Shown: in pieces, positions 27,897 through 37,498 of the stretch
Numbering within the stretch: position 1 is the first letter of the stretch
Layout of the letters: every line of letters begins with the position of its first letter
From: Candidatus Poriferihabitans sp.
GTDB lineage: Bacteria; Pseudomonadota; Gammaproteobacteria; Arenicellales; Poriferihabitantaceae
Direction of reading: 5' to 3'
Length of the DNA stretch: 64,000 nt
NCBI GenBank assembly: GCA_965220975.1
Contig: OZ244855.1
Location: 2,384,967 to 2,448,966, forward strand
The notes under the pieces: model-generated
What the model was told of the DNA's origin: nothing
The model's database searches: none
Seen by the model: only the letters and a program-made list of their open reading frames with translations
Program-made: the position numbers and the translations under genes

Positions 27897-28985
27897 GTGG
27901 CTATGGCAGTGTCTGCCGCGGTGATGATTCCGGTTGGGGTGCAGGCGGAGGTGACCGTGTACGGTCGCGTCAACAACGCGCTTCAGTTTCAGGATAAGGG
28001 CGATTCAACGACCGACTTAAGTGGCATTTCATCGCGTTTCGGCGTCAAGGCGCATTCCGATCTCGGCAATGGCCTGACCGCTCACGGCCGGTACGAGTTT
28101 GGGACCAATACCGACAAGGCAGCGGATGGCATTGCCAGCACCCGCATCGCGACCGCAGGCATTTCCGGCGGTTTCGGGCGGATTGATGTGGGTAATCAGT
28201 GGACCGCTTACTACAATACCACTGGCGCAATGATGGATCCGACCTACACCATTGGCCCCATTGGTGGTGCAACCCCTTACCGCTCACCGAATACGATCAA
28301 ATATTCCAATTCGGTCGGGCCTCTTACTTTGGAAGCTGACTTGCGGTTAAGCGATTCTGCTGAAAACTTAAACGCTACTGGCGTTCCGGTTCTTTCCGGT
28401 CATGGCGGGGGCGTTGGTATCAGTATAGCCGCAACCGAAGCCCTATCGTTTGCCGCGGCGTTCGATCTTGATGATCAGACGGATTTGGTAGTTACCCCCA
28501 TGGCGGCAGCGATGCCCGGTCTTAACGAAGCGGGAGATGCCGTTGTAGTTAAAGAGGCAACCGCGGCCGTAAATGGAAATGAACACAACCGAGTTGGAGT
28601 TTCCGGGAAGGTATCACTCGGCCAATTCTGGGGATTATTGGCATGGTCTAACCATGAAGCAGAAAACGGCATGGGCGTAACGCAAGCGGATAAGGAATTC
28701 ATGGCGGCCTATGTGGGCATGAGCATGACCGATCAAATTTCCGGATGGATTGGTTTTGCGCAAGCCGATGTTACTACGAATAAAGGTATGGAAGTACAAG
28801 CTGGGCATGGTAAAGAACCTTCGAAAGTAATGGCAGGTTTGTACTACAACCTCGGCGGTGGATTGCGTCTTTGGTATGAAGGTGCTTCGGAAGATCATGA
28901 CAAAGACAGCATGACACCGACTGCGGCGGCACCTGTAACCACGGAAACCGTTACACACTTGGTCGGCATTCGCTACGACTTCTAA
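27897..28985 (+). CDS. porin paralog c, lacking a canonical start and n-region
   Basis: It is a porin paralog most similar to b. The upstream frame is stop-SQKATQTSY-VAMAVSAAVMIPVGVQA. The only in-frame ATG gives MAVSAAVM, which has no charged n-region and no RBS. Confidence 0.8.
   Translation: MAMAVSAAVMIPVGVQAEVTVYGRVNNALQFQDKGDSTTDLSGISSRFGVKAHSDLGNGLTAHGRYEFGTNTDKAADGIASTRIATAGISGGFGRIDVGNQWTAYYNTTGAMMDPTYTIGPIGGATPYRSPNTIKYSNSVGPLTLEADLRLSDSAENLNATGVPVLSGHGGGVGISIAATEALSFAAAFDLDDQTDLVVTPMAAAMPGLNEAGDAVVVKEATAAVNGNEHNRVGVSGKVSLGQFWGLLAWSNHEAENGMGVTQADKEFMAAYVGMSMTDQISGWIGFAQADVTTNKGMEVQAGHGKEPSKVMAGLYYNLGGGLRLWYEGASEDHDKDSMTPTAAAPVTTETVTHLVGIRYDF
27905..27931 (+). repeat. dyad core site c
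   Basis: The sequence is GGCAGTGTCTGCCGCGGTGATGATTCC. On its 5' side it keeps GTGGCT, as the expression copy f does. Confidence 0.8.
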
Positions 28986-29014
28986 CCCGTATTGATTAAG
29001 AGGAATATTAAACA

Positions 29015-30268
29015 ATGAAACAGAATATTTTTATCGCGGCCTTATTGGCCGGTATGCTGGCACTTGCAGGTTGCGGGGGCGGAGGTAGCGTAACCGCGCC
29101 ACCGGCAAATACCATGGTTGATGACATGGACGACGACAAGGAAATGACTGATGATACGGAAGTGGTCGAGGAAGAGGAAACCGAACCAACTCCTGCTACA
29201 TTTTCTAATGTAGACGCAAGCGGAGCATCCTTTGTAACTGGAGAGGGTGGCGCACCTGAAGAAGGTGTTGTAAGCCCGCTTGGCTCTGGCAGAAATGCTA
29301 TAGTTGGCAATGTAACCCTTACATGTCCCTCAACTGCGGGTACGAATGGCTGCCAATGGCGTATTAGCGGCGGCAACATTCAAGCAACCGGCGGAGTAAC
29401 TGCTGTTGTAACCCCATTACCGGTCACGCCAACAGTGGTTGCTACACCGGCAGACGGAAACTGGTTGTCAAAAGGTAGTATTGTTGAGGCTGTGCCAGCT
29501 GCAGGCACTCTCACTACATATGATGTTGTTATAAATGGAGTGCAACAGCAAATAGATGGTTCAGGTCGTTTAGGAACCACCCCAGACTCAAAAGTTGAAG
29601 ATTTACTCATTAGCCATACGAGAACAGAATCTGATAATTTAAGCACGGCCGCTAATGATACCAATGATTTTCTTGTTTTTGGAACTTGGTTAGAGCCAGC
29701 AACTCTTACGAACACATCGGTTACACCAAAACAAGTTTGGCATGGCAGCATGCCGCGCGTTGCACCTGTAAGAAAACAAGCTGATAATGCAACTTATACG
29801 GGCGGTGTGCATGGCTTTTTCAAGGCAGGAGCAAGTGGAACTTGGACGGCATGGACAGGCGCTGCGCTATTAACGGCTAATTTTGTGAAAGGCGAAGTTA
29901 GCGGGATGATTGACAATGATGCAAGTAACACAACAGTAGACGTTCTTGATGAACCAGGAATAATGAGTGCCGGTGTTTCTCATATCTCATTGAAAGGCGC
30001 AACATTCGCGGATAGTCTTAGCGGGAAAGTAACAATTGTAGGGACTGGAGCTGCTCCGGGATCTAACGCAATAACTAGAAACGCACCATCATCAGGAACA
30101 TGGGAGGGTGGTTTCTTTGGTCCTTCAGGGGCTGACCCAACGGGTATTGCCGGAGCTTTTAATGCTGAAAGAAAAGAAGCCGCTGCCAAATCTACCGGAT
30201 TGCCAACCACGCTGCACAGTGCGGTAGAAGTTTTTCATATTAACGGAGCATTTGAAGCACAACGCTAG
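29015..30268 (+). CDS. surface-lipoprotein candidate with TbpB-like C-terminal barrel (SLP c1)
   Basis: The lipobox is MKQNIFIAALLAGMLALAGC, followed by the acidic linker DDMDDDKEMTDDTEVVEEEETE. The C-terminus reads ATYTGGVHGFF...LLTANF...VSGMI...GIAGAFNAE. Confidence 0.7.
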   Translation: MKQNIFIAALLAGMLALAGCGGGGSVTAPPANTMVDDMDDDKEMTDDTEVVEEEETEPTPATFSNVDASGASFVTGEGGAPEEGVVSPLGSGRNAIVGNVTLTCPSTAGTNGCQWRISGGNIQATGGVTAVVTPLPVTPTVVATPADGNWLSKGSIVEAVPAAGTLTTYDVVINGVQQQIDGSGRLGTTPDSKVEDLLISHTRTESDNLSTAANDTNDFLVFGTWLEPATLTNTSVTPKQVWHGSMPRVAPVRKQADNATYTGGVHGFFKAGASGTWTAWTGAALLTANFVKGEVSGMIDNDASNTTVDVLDEPGIMSAGVSHISLKGATFADSLSGKVTIVGTGAAPGSNAITRNAPSSGTWEGGFFGPSGADPTGIAGAFNAERKEAAAKSTGLPTTLHSAVEVFHINGAFEAQR

Positions 30269-30290
30269 CCTTGATTGCTTTAATCAAATA

Positions 30291-30316
30291 CCGGGGCGTA
30301 ACAACCCCGGTTTTTT
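30291..30316 (+). terminator. CCGGGG-N8-CCCCGG hairpin plus T6
   Basis: The sequence is CCGGGGcgtaacaaCCCCGGTTTTTT. Confidence 0.65.
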
Positions 30317-30342
30317 CTATGATCTGGGAATATGAATAGCCA

Positions 30343-31215
30343 ATGAAACGAAACATTGTAACAACCGCCTTGCTTGCGGTCATGTTGGTAATAGCCGGTT
30401 GTGGAGGCGGCGGATCGGGTAATTCTAATCCCGTTATTCAACCAAGCGCAAGCGATGATACCGCCGTACAAATAATGGCTAGGAAACTGCATGAGGTACT
30501 TGGCTTAATTGATTTAAGCGTTTCCGAGGACGGGGTAATTTCTAGAACAAACTCTACATTGTCATCTGATTTTAATGCGTTCAATCTTGATAGCAGTCGC
30601 TTTGGCAGAGAGGTATTAGCCAAGACAACCGAAACCGTTCCCGGTGTCAAGCCCGGTTGGACTGGCGGCCATTTCAAGAATGGAGATAAAGAGGCGCGCG
30701 TTTACTGGATCCCGGAAACCAGCAGAGATGCCTATTCCTATTACGGATGGTGGCTTAACCGGGACAATGCGAATGGGGGTTACAGTCTGGTTTTCGTTTC
30801 TACCAGTACGGCCATCGGTGAGGGATCGGCAGCTGCGGATGTATCGAGCGCAACTGGTGAGGCAACCTATACAGGCGGATCCGCCGGACAATATGCCATC
30901 TATAGCACAGGTGCAAAGGCGGCTGAATCGGGAGATTTCACCGCGGATGTAATGCTAAAAGCCAATTTCGATACGGCTAAGGTAAACGGAACGGTAACCG
31001 GGTTTATGGTAGATGGTAGTGAAAAGAACTGGTCGGTTACCATACAGGAAAATGCCGATGATCCGGTAGCAAGCCGTTATCATCTTGGAAAGGCCATCTG
31101 GGAAATAGACGGAGAGCAGCCAAGCAGTTCGGATAAGGATGCTGGTGAATATATAGTCGGTTTCCAGGATCTGGATGTCAATGGCGTTCTAAATTACGCG
31201 GGCGGAATTTTTTAA
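30343..31215 (+). CDS. short TbpB-like lipoprotein (SLP c2), with its 3' end displaced by a T6 tract
   Basis: The lipobox is MKRNIVTTALLAVMLVIAGC, and the body reads ATYTGGSAGQYA...FTADVMLKANF...VNGTVTGF. The ORF stops at GGIF*, but the family C-terminus ...SMIGTFGTTKQ* lies in the -1 frame up to 31270. Confidence 0.7.
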   Translation: MKRNIVTTALLAVMLVIAGCGGGGSGNSNPVIQPSASDDTAVQIMARKLHEVLGLIDLSVSEDGVISRTNSTLSSDFNAFNLDSSRFGREVLAKTTETVPGVKPGWTGGHFKNGDKEARVYWIPETSRDAYSYYGWWLNRDNANGGYSLVFVSTSTAIGEGSAAADVSSATGEATYTGGSAGQYAIYSTGAKAAESGDFTADVMLKANFDTAKVNGTVTGFMVDGSEKNWSVTIQENADDPVASRYHLGKAIWEIDGEQPSSSDKDAGEYIVGFQDLDVNGVLNYAGGIF

Positions 31216-31850
31216 TGTGCGAAACGGAAACGCCTCAATGATCGGAACATTCGGGACTACCAAGCAATAACAGATCCTTATACCAAACAGGGCATAACAA
31301 CCCTAGTTTTTCTCCTGCTCGAAACAGGAATCAGTATTGAAAGTAATCGATCCCAAACGACTATTCAAATGAACTGATCAGGAATTGACTGATCACGCTA
31401 TGTGGTATATTTGCACCCATCAGACAAGAATTTGCCGTCTTATCCTGAAGCTATAGTAAGCCAGCATAAGATCTATTTTCAGTCCTAGCCAGATTACTAA
31501 AAGTTGTAATCCCGTCCTTCTTATCCAACAGGAATTCAGGAATTTGACAAATACCAATTTGGTGATTTTGATGTTATGATGCTTCTCGAATTCCTTTTCG
31601 GCCAGAACAGACAGATCATCATGCTTTACTATCAAGTAGTATCGGGACTCAAACTTGGATCACTTCAACGACTCCTAGATAATGTCTGGGTTATCCAAAT
31701 AGCAAACTGCAATTCTAGCCCTTAAGCAGATATGCATATCAGTATATTGAGGCGGTTTGTTTCGGCTATGTCCTGTGACTAACTTTGCAAATCAACCACT
31801 GCTTCGGTTTTCGTTCCGTACTCATCTTCCATATTGTTTTAACTCAAAAA

Positions 31851-31881
31851 GAAAAACCGGGGCGGTTTTATGCCCCGGTTT
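31851..31881 (-). terminator. CCGGGGC hairpin terminator after SLP d
   Basis: On the minus strand the sequence reads AACCGGGGCataaaacCGCCCCGGTTTTTC. Confidence 0.65.
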
Positions 31882-31892
31882 GTAAGGGTTGG

Positions 31893-33149
31893 CTATGGCT
31901 GAATCTGAGTACCGAATACTCCAATCATTTCAGCTCCTTGGTGTTCGGCGCTGAAGTCTCCCATTATTACAGTTGGTGCTTTGCTTCCCGAACCACCATA
32001 GGAATTAGCACGCCATGCTTCTCCGGTTGCATCACCCTCAACTCCATCAAGCGTCCAAATTGAAGTGCCAGCGGCGGTGGGGGAATAAGCTCCTGAAGCA
32101 TCGCCAGTTATTTCCTTCAACTGAACGCTCCAGTTTCGGTCTTCACCATCAGCTCCCTTGAAGCTTGAAATTGTGCCTTCTAGCTTAGCACGAGTAATAC
32201 CACTAGCAGCAAATGTTGCCGTCAAGGTTGCGGTTGCCGTGAATCCTCCGGAATCGTTAGGTACGGAATACAAGCCTACCGTATCGCCAGTATAGGTTGC
32301 GGTTGCCGTGGAATCTAAGTGTGCATTCGTCAGAGCTAAAGGAGTTTGGTTGTGGTTGTTACGAAAAAAGTTTACCATTGTAACCGGATTACCTGCGTTA
32401 GTGCTACGAGTTACCCACCAGCCCCACTTGATATCCACTTTGCGTTTTGCCTCTGGATCGGTTGGCTCAAAAGTCCAAGTAGTATTAGTAACAGTTTTAG
32501 GTTGGCCGTTTTGTGATGTACATATACTATCCCCCGAGCATGTGAACATTCCGGGAATTCCGAAATAGGTTCCGCTAACCTTGAGGTCTTCCAGGGTTCC
32601 ATCAGATTTTTGCGATCTTGGATGTTCCTTTGCATCCCTGCCGCCAAATTCTGTGGACTTGGCTTGTGCAAGTTTCCGAGGATTATCGATCGTTTTCTCG
32701 TTAGCGTCAAGTACAGCACCATCAACGGTTATCATCGCATGGCCCTTGTCGGCATCTTTGGCACTAGTAAAAAATTCAGGTGTTGCTCCCAGAGTGACAC
32801 TACTATTACCAATCAACCTGTGAAGAGTTCTAGCATCTGCCGCCGCTTTTTGTGCATCCGCTTTGCTGGTGTCAACCTTGCACAGCATGCTTGATTCGTC
32901 ATAGGCAAGGCCATCACCAGTACATGAGGCTTTTCTTGCATTCTCTGATTGTGTGTTTATCTCGTTGTCCAACTCTTCCTGAGTGTATGTTTTCGTGGTT
33001 TGATCTTCATCACTATCGGTCTGGGTACTCGATGGTGCAGCCCCTTCCACTACTGTGGCATTCGCTGGCGTGCTGGAATTACCGCCTCCGCAACCTGCGA
33101 GTGCCAGCATACCGGCCAATAGTGCCACCATGTATATATTCTGCTTCAT
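31893..33149 (-). CDS. surface-lipoprotein candidate with TbpB-like C-terminal barrel (SLP d)
   Basis: The lipobox is MKQNIYMVALLAGMLALAGC. The C-terminus reads ATYTGDTVGLY...FTATATLTATF...LEGTISSF...W.VQL...MIGVFGTQIQP. Confidence 0.75.
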   Translation of the reverse strand: MKQNIYMVALLAGMLALAGCGGGNSSTPANATVVEGAAPSSTQTDSDEDQTTKTYTQEELDNEINTQSENARKASCTGDGLAYDESSMLCKVDTSKADAQKAAADARTLHRLIGNSSVTLGATPEFFTSAKDADKGHAMITVDGAVLDANEKTIDNPRKLAQAKSTEFGGRDAKEHPRSQKSDGTLEDLKVSGTYFGIPGMFTCSGDSICTSQNGQPKTVTNTTWTFEPTDPEAKRKVDIKWGWWVTRSTNAGNPVTMVNFFRNNHNQTPLALTNAHLDSTATATYTGDTVGLYSVPNDSGGFTATATLTATFAASGITRAKLEGTISSFKGADGEDRNWSVQLKEITGDASGAYSPTAAGTSIWTLDGVEGDATGEAWRANSYGGSGSKAPTVIMGDFSAEHQGAEMIGVFGTQIQP

Positions 33150-33177
33150 TGTATATTTCCTCTAAATCAATATCGGC

Positions 33178-34428
33178 TTAGAAGTCAAACCGGATACCGG
33201 CCTTGTGGTTAGAACTGTTGTCCATGCCCGCGGTATCCGGATCTTTGGAGATGCCTTCATAGAACAGTTGCAAGCCACCGCCCATTTTGTGGTACAGACC
33301 CAGCGTGACCGCGCTCGGATTTGCATCCATCCCTTCGGTCTCGCTCTGGCCAAAACCAATCAACGCTTGAGTGCTGTCAGACAGATGTATACCGCCCCAC
33401 ACTTGCGCATATTCGGTTTCGGTTTCCTTGCCGTTGTCGGTTACATTCTTGGTACCAAGGGCCACGATGCCGTAGAACTGTCCCATCGAAAGCTTGGCCG
33501 AAACGCCTAGCCGCTCGGTTTCCGCTCCAGCCATGGCTTTGGTAACCGTACAAGCCCCGTTACTGGTACCAGCGTTGGGGGTCAAGGTGGGTGCCTCTAC
33601 TGGATTTGTTGCTTCGGCATTGTTTTTGGTGAACTTTGCATTATCTGCCTCAATCATCGCATCGCTCAAGCAATACGTCCTGTCATACATATCCTTGTCT
33701 CCAACATAGGCATAACCGGAATACGGGCCGGTAAGGGCTGTTCCTGTATCTTTGGGTGCCTTGGTTCTTTTCGTTCCCAGAACTTCCGCTTGTGCGGCAG
33801 TAAGGCCATTTACAGGCAAGGTGTATCTATTCCCATACACGGCCGGGGTTACATGATCCGACCGGTCTTCATTGTCGTAGGCAAAGCCGAGGGTAAGATT
33901 GTCGGTAACCGCAACGCGTACCCCGAAGCCGCCGCCGTCTCCGGCCAGGCCATCGGTACCTTCTTCATCACCGCCGCCGTTCAGGCGCATGTCCAACTCC
34001 AAACTGAGCGGGCCAAATGAATTGCCATACTTGATGGTATTCGATGACCGGAACGGGGTATCACCACCACCGCCCTGAGTCCAGGACGGATCCATGTCGA
34101 CACCGGTCGAGTTGTAAAAGGCACTCCACTGGTTGCCAATGTCAATACTGCCGAAACCGCCGGCAACACCAACTGAAGCAATCCGGTTACTAAGTCCGGT
34201 GTCCTTTTTGTCGGTAGTTGTGCCAAACTCGTAATGACCGCGTGCGGTCAGGCCATTGCCGATGTCGGCACTGCCCTTGAGACCGAAACGCGATCCGACA
34301 GTCGAGACATCGGTCGTCGAGTCCTCGCCCGCCTTGCCGGAATCGGCAAACTCAATTACATTTCGGATGCTTCCGTAGACCGTTGTCTCCGCCTGTGCCC
34401 CGACGGGCATCATCACCGCGGCAGACAC
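33178..34428 (-). CDS. porin paralog d, lacking start codon and n-region
   Basis: It is a porin paralog most similar to e. The upstream frame is TAG-LDPLLKTLVAEA-VSAAVMMPVGAQA with no ATG. Confidence 0.8.
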   Translation of the reverse strand: MSAAVMMPVGAQAETTVYGSIRNVIEFADSGKAGEDSTTDVSTVGSRFGLKGSADIGNGLTARGHYEFGTTTDKKDTGLSNRIASVGVAGGFGSIDIGNQWSAFYNSTGVDMDPSWTQGGGGDTPFRSSNTIKYGNSFGPLSLELDMRLNGGGDEEGTDGLAGDGGGFGVRVAVTDNLTLGFAYDNEDRSDHVTPAVYGNRYTLPVNGLTAAQAEVLGTKRTKAPKDTGTALTGPYSGYAYVGDKDMYDRTYCLSDAMIEADNAKFTKNNAEATNPVEAPTLTPNAGTSNGACTVTKAMAGAETERLGVSAKLSMGQFYGIVALGTKNVTDNGKETETEYAQVWGGIHLSDSTQALIGFGQSETEGMDANPSAVTLGLYHKMGGGLQLFYEGISKDPDTAGMDNSSNHKAGIRFDF

Positions 34429-34437
34429 TGCCTCTGC
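34406..34437 (-). repeat. dyad core site d
   Basis: The reverse complement reads GCAGAGGCAGTGTCTGCCGCGGTGATGATGCC. Confidence 0.8.
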
Positions 34438-34653
34438 TACAAGAGTTTTTAGAAGGGGATCAAGCTATCGAATAGCTATATTTTCTCGCTGGTAGAGACT
34501 GTGATTGGAACAACCAATAATCAACGCTTATAATATAAAGGTATAACTTAGCTATTTAGCGTTTTTATTATATGATATATCTATTCTATGTTTTATGTAA
34601 GCACATATAATTGAAGATAAAAACATAACACTCATTTTATTAGGAGGATTTTT

Positions 34654-34863
34654 ATGTCTGGCAAGAATCAATCACAACGAGAAATATTACGATTAAAAAT
34701 GCTCGAAGAGGCACAATCTAGACCAGGTGTTCGTGAGGCTATGGAAGTCTATCAAAAGTATCATGACCTTCAACTAAAAAATAGCAGTATAAACATCCCA
34801 CAATCTTTATTCCCAAATCCAGAAAAAACAGCTACGGTTACTTCTTCGACTGTTTCAATTTAA
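34654..34863 (+). CDS. hypothetical small protein (69 aa)
   Basis: A strong AGGAGG RBS lies 6 nt upstream of the ATG. I do not recognise a family. Confidence 0.45.
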   Translation: MSGKNQSQREILRLKMLEEAQSRPGVREAMEVYQKYHDLQLKNSSINIPQSLFPNPEKTATVTSSTVSI

Positions 34864-34883
34864 TTTAACTAGGACTACTAAAA

Positions 34884-35306
34884 ATGCCAATATGGAGCGA
34901 AATATTAGAAGAATTGAACAATTCTGAAGGAGGAATTAATAATAATCTTGATAATGTTCGTAGAAAATACTTGTTTAATCTCCAGAATAAAACCAAAAGA
35001 AATGTCATTCTTTATGCATCCGCTTGGTTGCAAAGACCAGATGCCAATAGTAATGCAGTCATGATTAATGACGAAGATATACAAGCATTAATGGAGGTTA
35101 CATACCAGCTCAAAGGAACAGACCTTGATTTAATTCTCCATAGTCCTGGTGGTTCTCCAGAAGCAACAGAGGCAATAGTAAGTTATTTACGCTCTAAATT
35201 CAGAAATATAAGAGTAATCGTACCGCAAATTGCAATGTCAGCTGCAACAATGGTCTATCAACATACCATACTTAACACGGCGGTGTTTTTTTCGTTTAAT
35301 TCCTGA
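34884..35306 (+). pseudogene. 3'-truncated SDH-family Clp-fold serine protease
   Basis: The core LILHSPGGSPEATEAIVSYLRSKFRNIRVIVPQIAMSAATM is typical of the family. Similarity ends about 15 codons before the stop, and the usual C-terminal half is missing. Confidence 0.5.
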
Positions 35307-35556
35307 AATTCAATTTATTTCAGGAGTTGGTCATGAAGATAGGCATGCGGGAGAGCCCCAGCCCCATGTATGCGGAATGGTCTGGGAATTAGACGGTTGG
35401 AAATAATGCTCCGGTCACTCCACGGTCTGAACTTAGTAAAGCTATAATGCATCTAGAAGATCTTAGAAATGATGAAATGACACATGCTTTGACATCTCGG
35501 CTTAGAAAAAGAGTATAATCGGCTTTGTTCACCTGCCATGCGTAGGAGGAACATTC

Positions 35557-35586
35557 GAAGCCGCTCTAGTACACTAGAGCGGCTTC
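35557..35586. terminator. perfect 13-bp-stem hairpin
   Basis: The hairpin GAAGCCGCTCTAG-taca-CTAGAGCGGCTTC lies directly at the stop of the minus-strand gene 35585-36103. Confidence 0.5.
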
Positions 35587-36103
35587 AGCCTTTTGTTCTA
35601 GTTCTTCGCAAAGTTTTTTTAAATTCATCACGTTCATGGCAAAGTTGCCTAACCCGAAATGGTTGATCGGTACAAAAGGCAGTCTTGAGTAACCAGTATC
35701 CTTGACGCTGGGCAAGCACCACCAAATATTCCTCGCGATACCATAGCAATGTGTTAATCCTATTTTGCCGTCTATTCTGCCACTCATCAATTTTCGAATG
35801 AGTTGTTGCATTTTCTATCACCCATCGTACCCAACGGAGTCGCTCACAACGACGCAGGTCGGGTGTTCGTTCTTCCTCAACATAACCTTCTTGAATCAAG
35901 TGCCAGAATGATGCCCAGCGTCCCGCTGTCTCAGGAATGCGACGACAACCTATTCTTAAACCACGAAACTCAAGACTAGCCCGTGCGATCTCGCACATGA
36001 AAATGCGGTTCAATTCATGTTCATAGGCCCCCCAATTGCCACCAAAATCATCGAGTAGAAGAAGAGCCGGCGGAGTCATTCGTCCGCATTCTGAGCATGC
36101 CAA
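35585..36103 (-). CDS. hypothetical protein (172 aa), partner of the DUF3800 gene
   Basis: The ORF overlaps the 3' end of the DUF3800 gene by 28 nt. I do not recognise a family. Confidence 0.45.
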   Translation of the reverse strand: MACSECGRMTPPALLLLDDFGGNWGAYEHELNRIFMCEIARASLEFRGLRIGCRRIPETAGRWASFWHLIQEGYVEEERTPDLRRCERLRWVRWVIENATTHSKIDEWQNRRQNRINTLLWYREEYLVVLAQRQGYWLLKTAFCTDQPFRVRQLCHERDEFKKTLRRTRTKG

Positions 36104-36801
36104 ACCAAGATATTGAATTTGGTGAAAGCAAAGGAGGATGTGAAGGAAAGTGCCCGTATGCCAAATTGTTCACATAGGCGGTTGATGATCTCCATCTTTG
36201 CACTATTGCCGGTTAGTCTCCGATTTGCATAGGTCAGTGCTCCAATCAAGAGGTCAGTAACTTGTAGAATCTCACTTTCATGAGATCGAATTTGCTGTAC
36301 ACGCTCGATAAACTCCTGATTGAAATCATGGAGGCTGTGGGTCAGAAATTTGTGGAGTTTATGTGTTTTTAGTCCTCCTCGTGAATCCTTCAGGTCAAGG
36401 TATACATGATAGTGTTGTGGAGCGAGAAAAACAGGGCGCAACATTGTAAAGTACATCTTGTAATACCAGTCATCATGTGTCTGATTAAAGTTAAGATGAT
36501 TAAGTTTTGCCTTGTCTGGGACGACCAGCCCTCGAAATCGCAACCGATCATCATCAAGGAAGAAATCGATTAGCCCCAAATAGAAATCGGCCCTAGCAGG
36601 TGAGACTTTAGTCCATTTTGCCTCGAAAGTGGATTTCAAACCATGTTTAATTTTCAGAGCACGTATTTGCTTCGAGAGATCATGGACAAAACGCTTTTCG
36701 CAAATTACAGCCCCCCAAGCCATAACAGGAATCTGGTCATGCTCAAGGTGGCAACTCTCATCACAATATATATTGAAAGTTTTCGGTGTCATAATACTCA
36801 C
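36076..36801 (-). CDS. DUF3800-family protein
   Basis: The N-terminal FNIYCDESCHLEHD motif is typical of DUF3800, and the protein is 241 aa. Confidence 0.6.
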   Translation of the reverse strand: MSIMTPKTFNIYCDESCHLEHDQIPVMAWGAVICEKRFVHDLSKQIRALKIKHGLKSTFEAKWTKVSPARADFYLGLIDFFLDDDRLRFRGLVVPDKAKLNHLNFNQTHDDWYYKMYFTMLRPVFLAPQHYHVYLDLKDSRGGLKTHKLHKFLTHSLHDFNQEFIERVQQIRSHESEILQVTDLLIGALTYANRRLTGNSAKMEIINRLCEQFGIRALSFTSSFAFTKFNILVWHAQNADE

Positions 36802-37465
36802 TTCTGCGCCTCAATTGCGTCCGCCGAGAGTTCGATGCTGTCGATAGAATAAATCAACATATAAGGAAGTTGTTTGGGCATAGATTTAAAAACAGGACTC
36901 GGGCACCTGTTCATTGTTGCAATCTATGCTATCCAGCAATATGTAGCAATCTGTGACCGCTTAAGCACGCTAGCCACCGCTTCAACTATCTCATCCGCTG
37001 AAGAATCATCGTTCTGATACTTCATTCGGTACAGCAATTCACCAAGTTGAGAACGCTTGGTATCGAATACATCGTAATCGCAGCCAAATTCGTTGACTCC
37101 CAGATAGATACTTGAAATTGTATGAATTTCTAAGGCAAGTCCAGATACCCATTTTTCCCTTCGGATTCATTGCAATTGTCATTCGTCCTCACGTTCTTCT
37201 ATTTGTTGACGGCGCGATTGTAACTCATCAGATTCTCAGGTTGCAACGCTCTCTCTCGACTGAAAACCCAGCGAATGACCAAAAAGAAAACTCGGTCGAA
37301 ACGGCTCAAAGCTACATATAGGGCTGAATTAGGAAAAATCATTAATTAGTTATATCGTATCGTGGATTGTGTCTTACATTGCATTCCAGTTCGTTTTCCA
37401 CCCAAACCATTCAATTCGTAAATACCATGTGATTTTTCTCGCTGCTATCGAGATAGACCATTAAA

Positions 37466-37498
37466 GGCAGAGGCAGTGTCTGCCGCGGTGATGATGCC
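37466..37498 (+). repeat. dyad core site e
   Basis: The sequence is GGCAGAGGCAGTGTCTGCCGCGGTGATGATGCC. Confidence 0.8.

Noticed and set aside
34481-37444. The 11-mer TTTTCTCGCTG lies at similar distances from core d (34481-34491) and core e (37434-37444) and was considered as a footprint of inversion.
   Set aside because: The two copies are in direct rather than inverted orientation relative to the cores, and the surrounding sequence does not align. The match is probably coincidental or too short to interpret.
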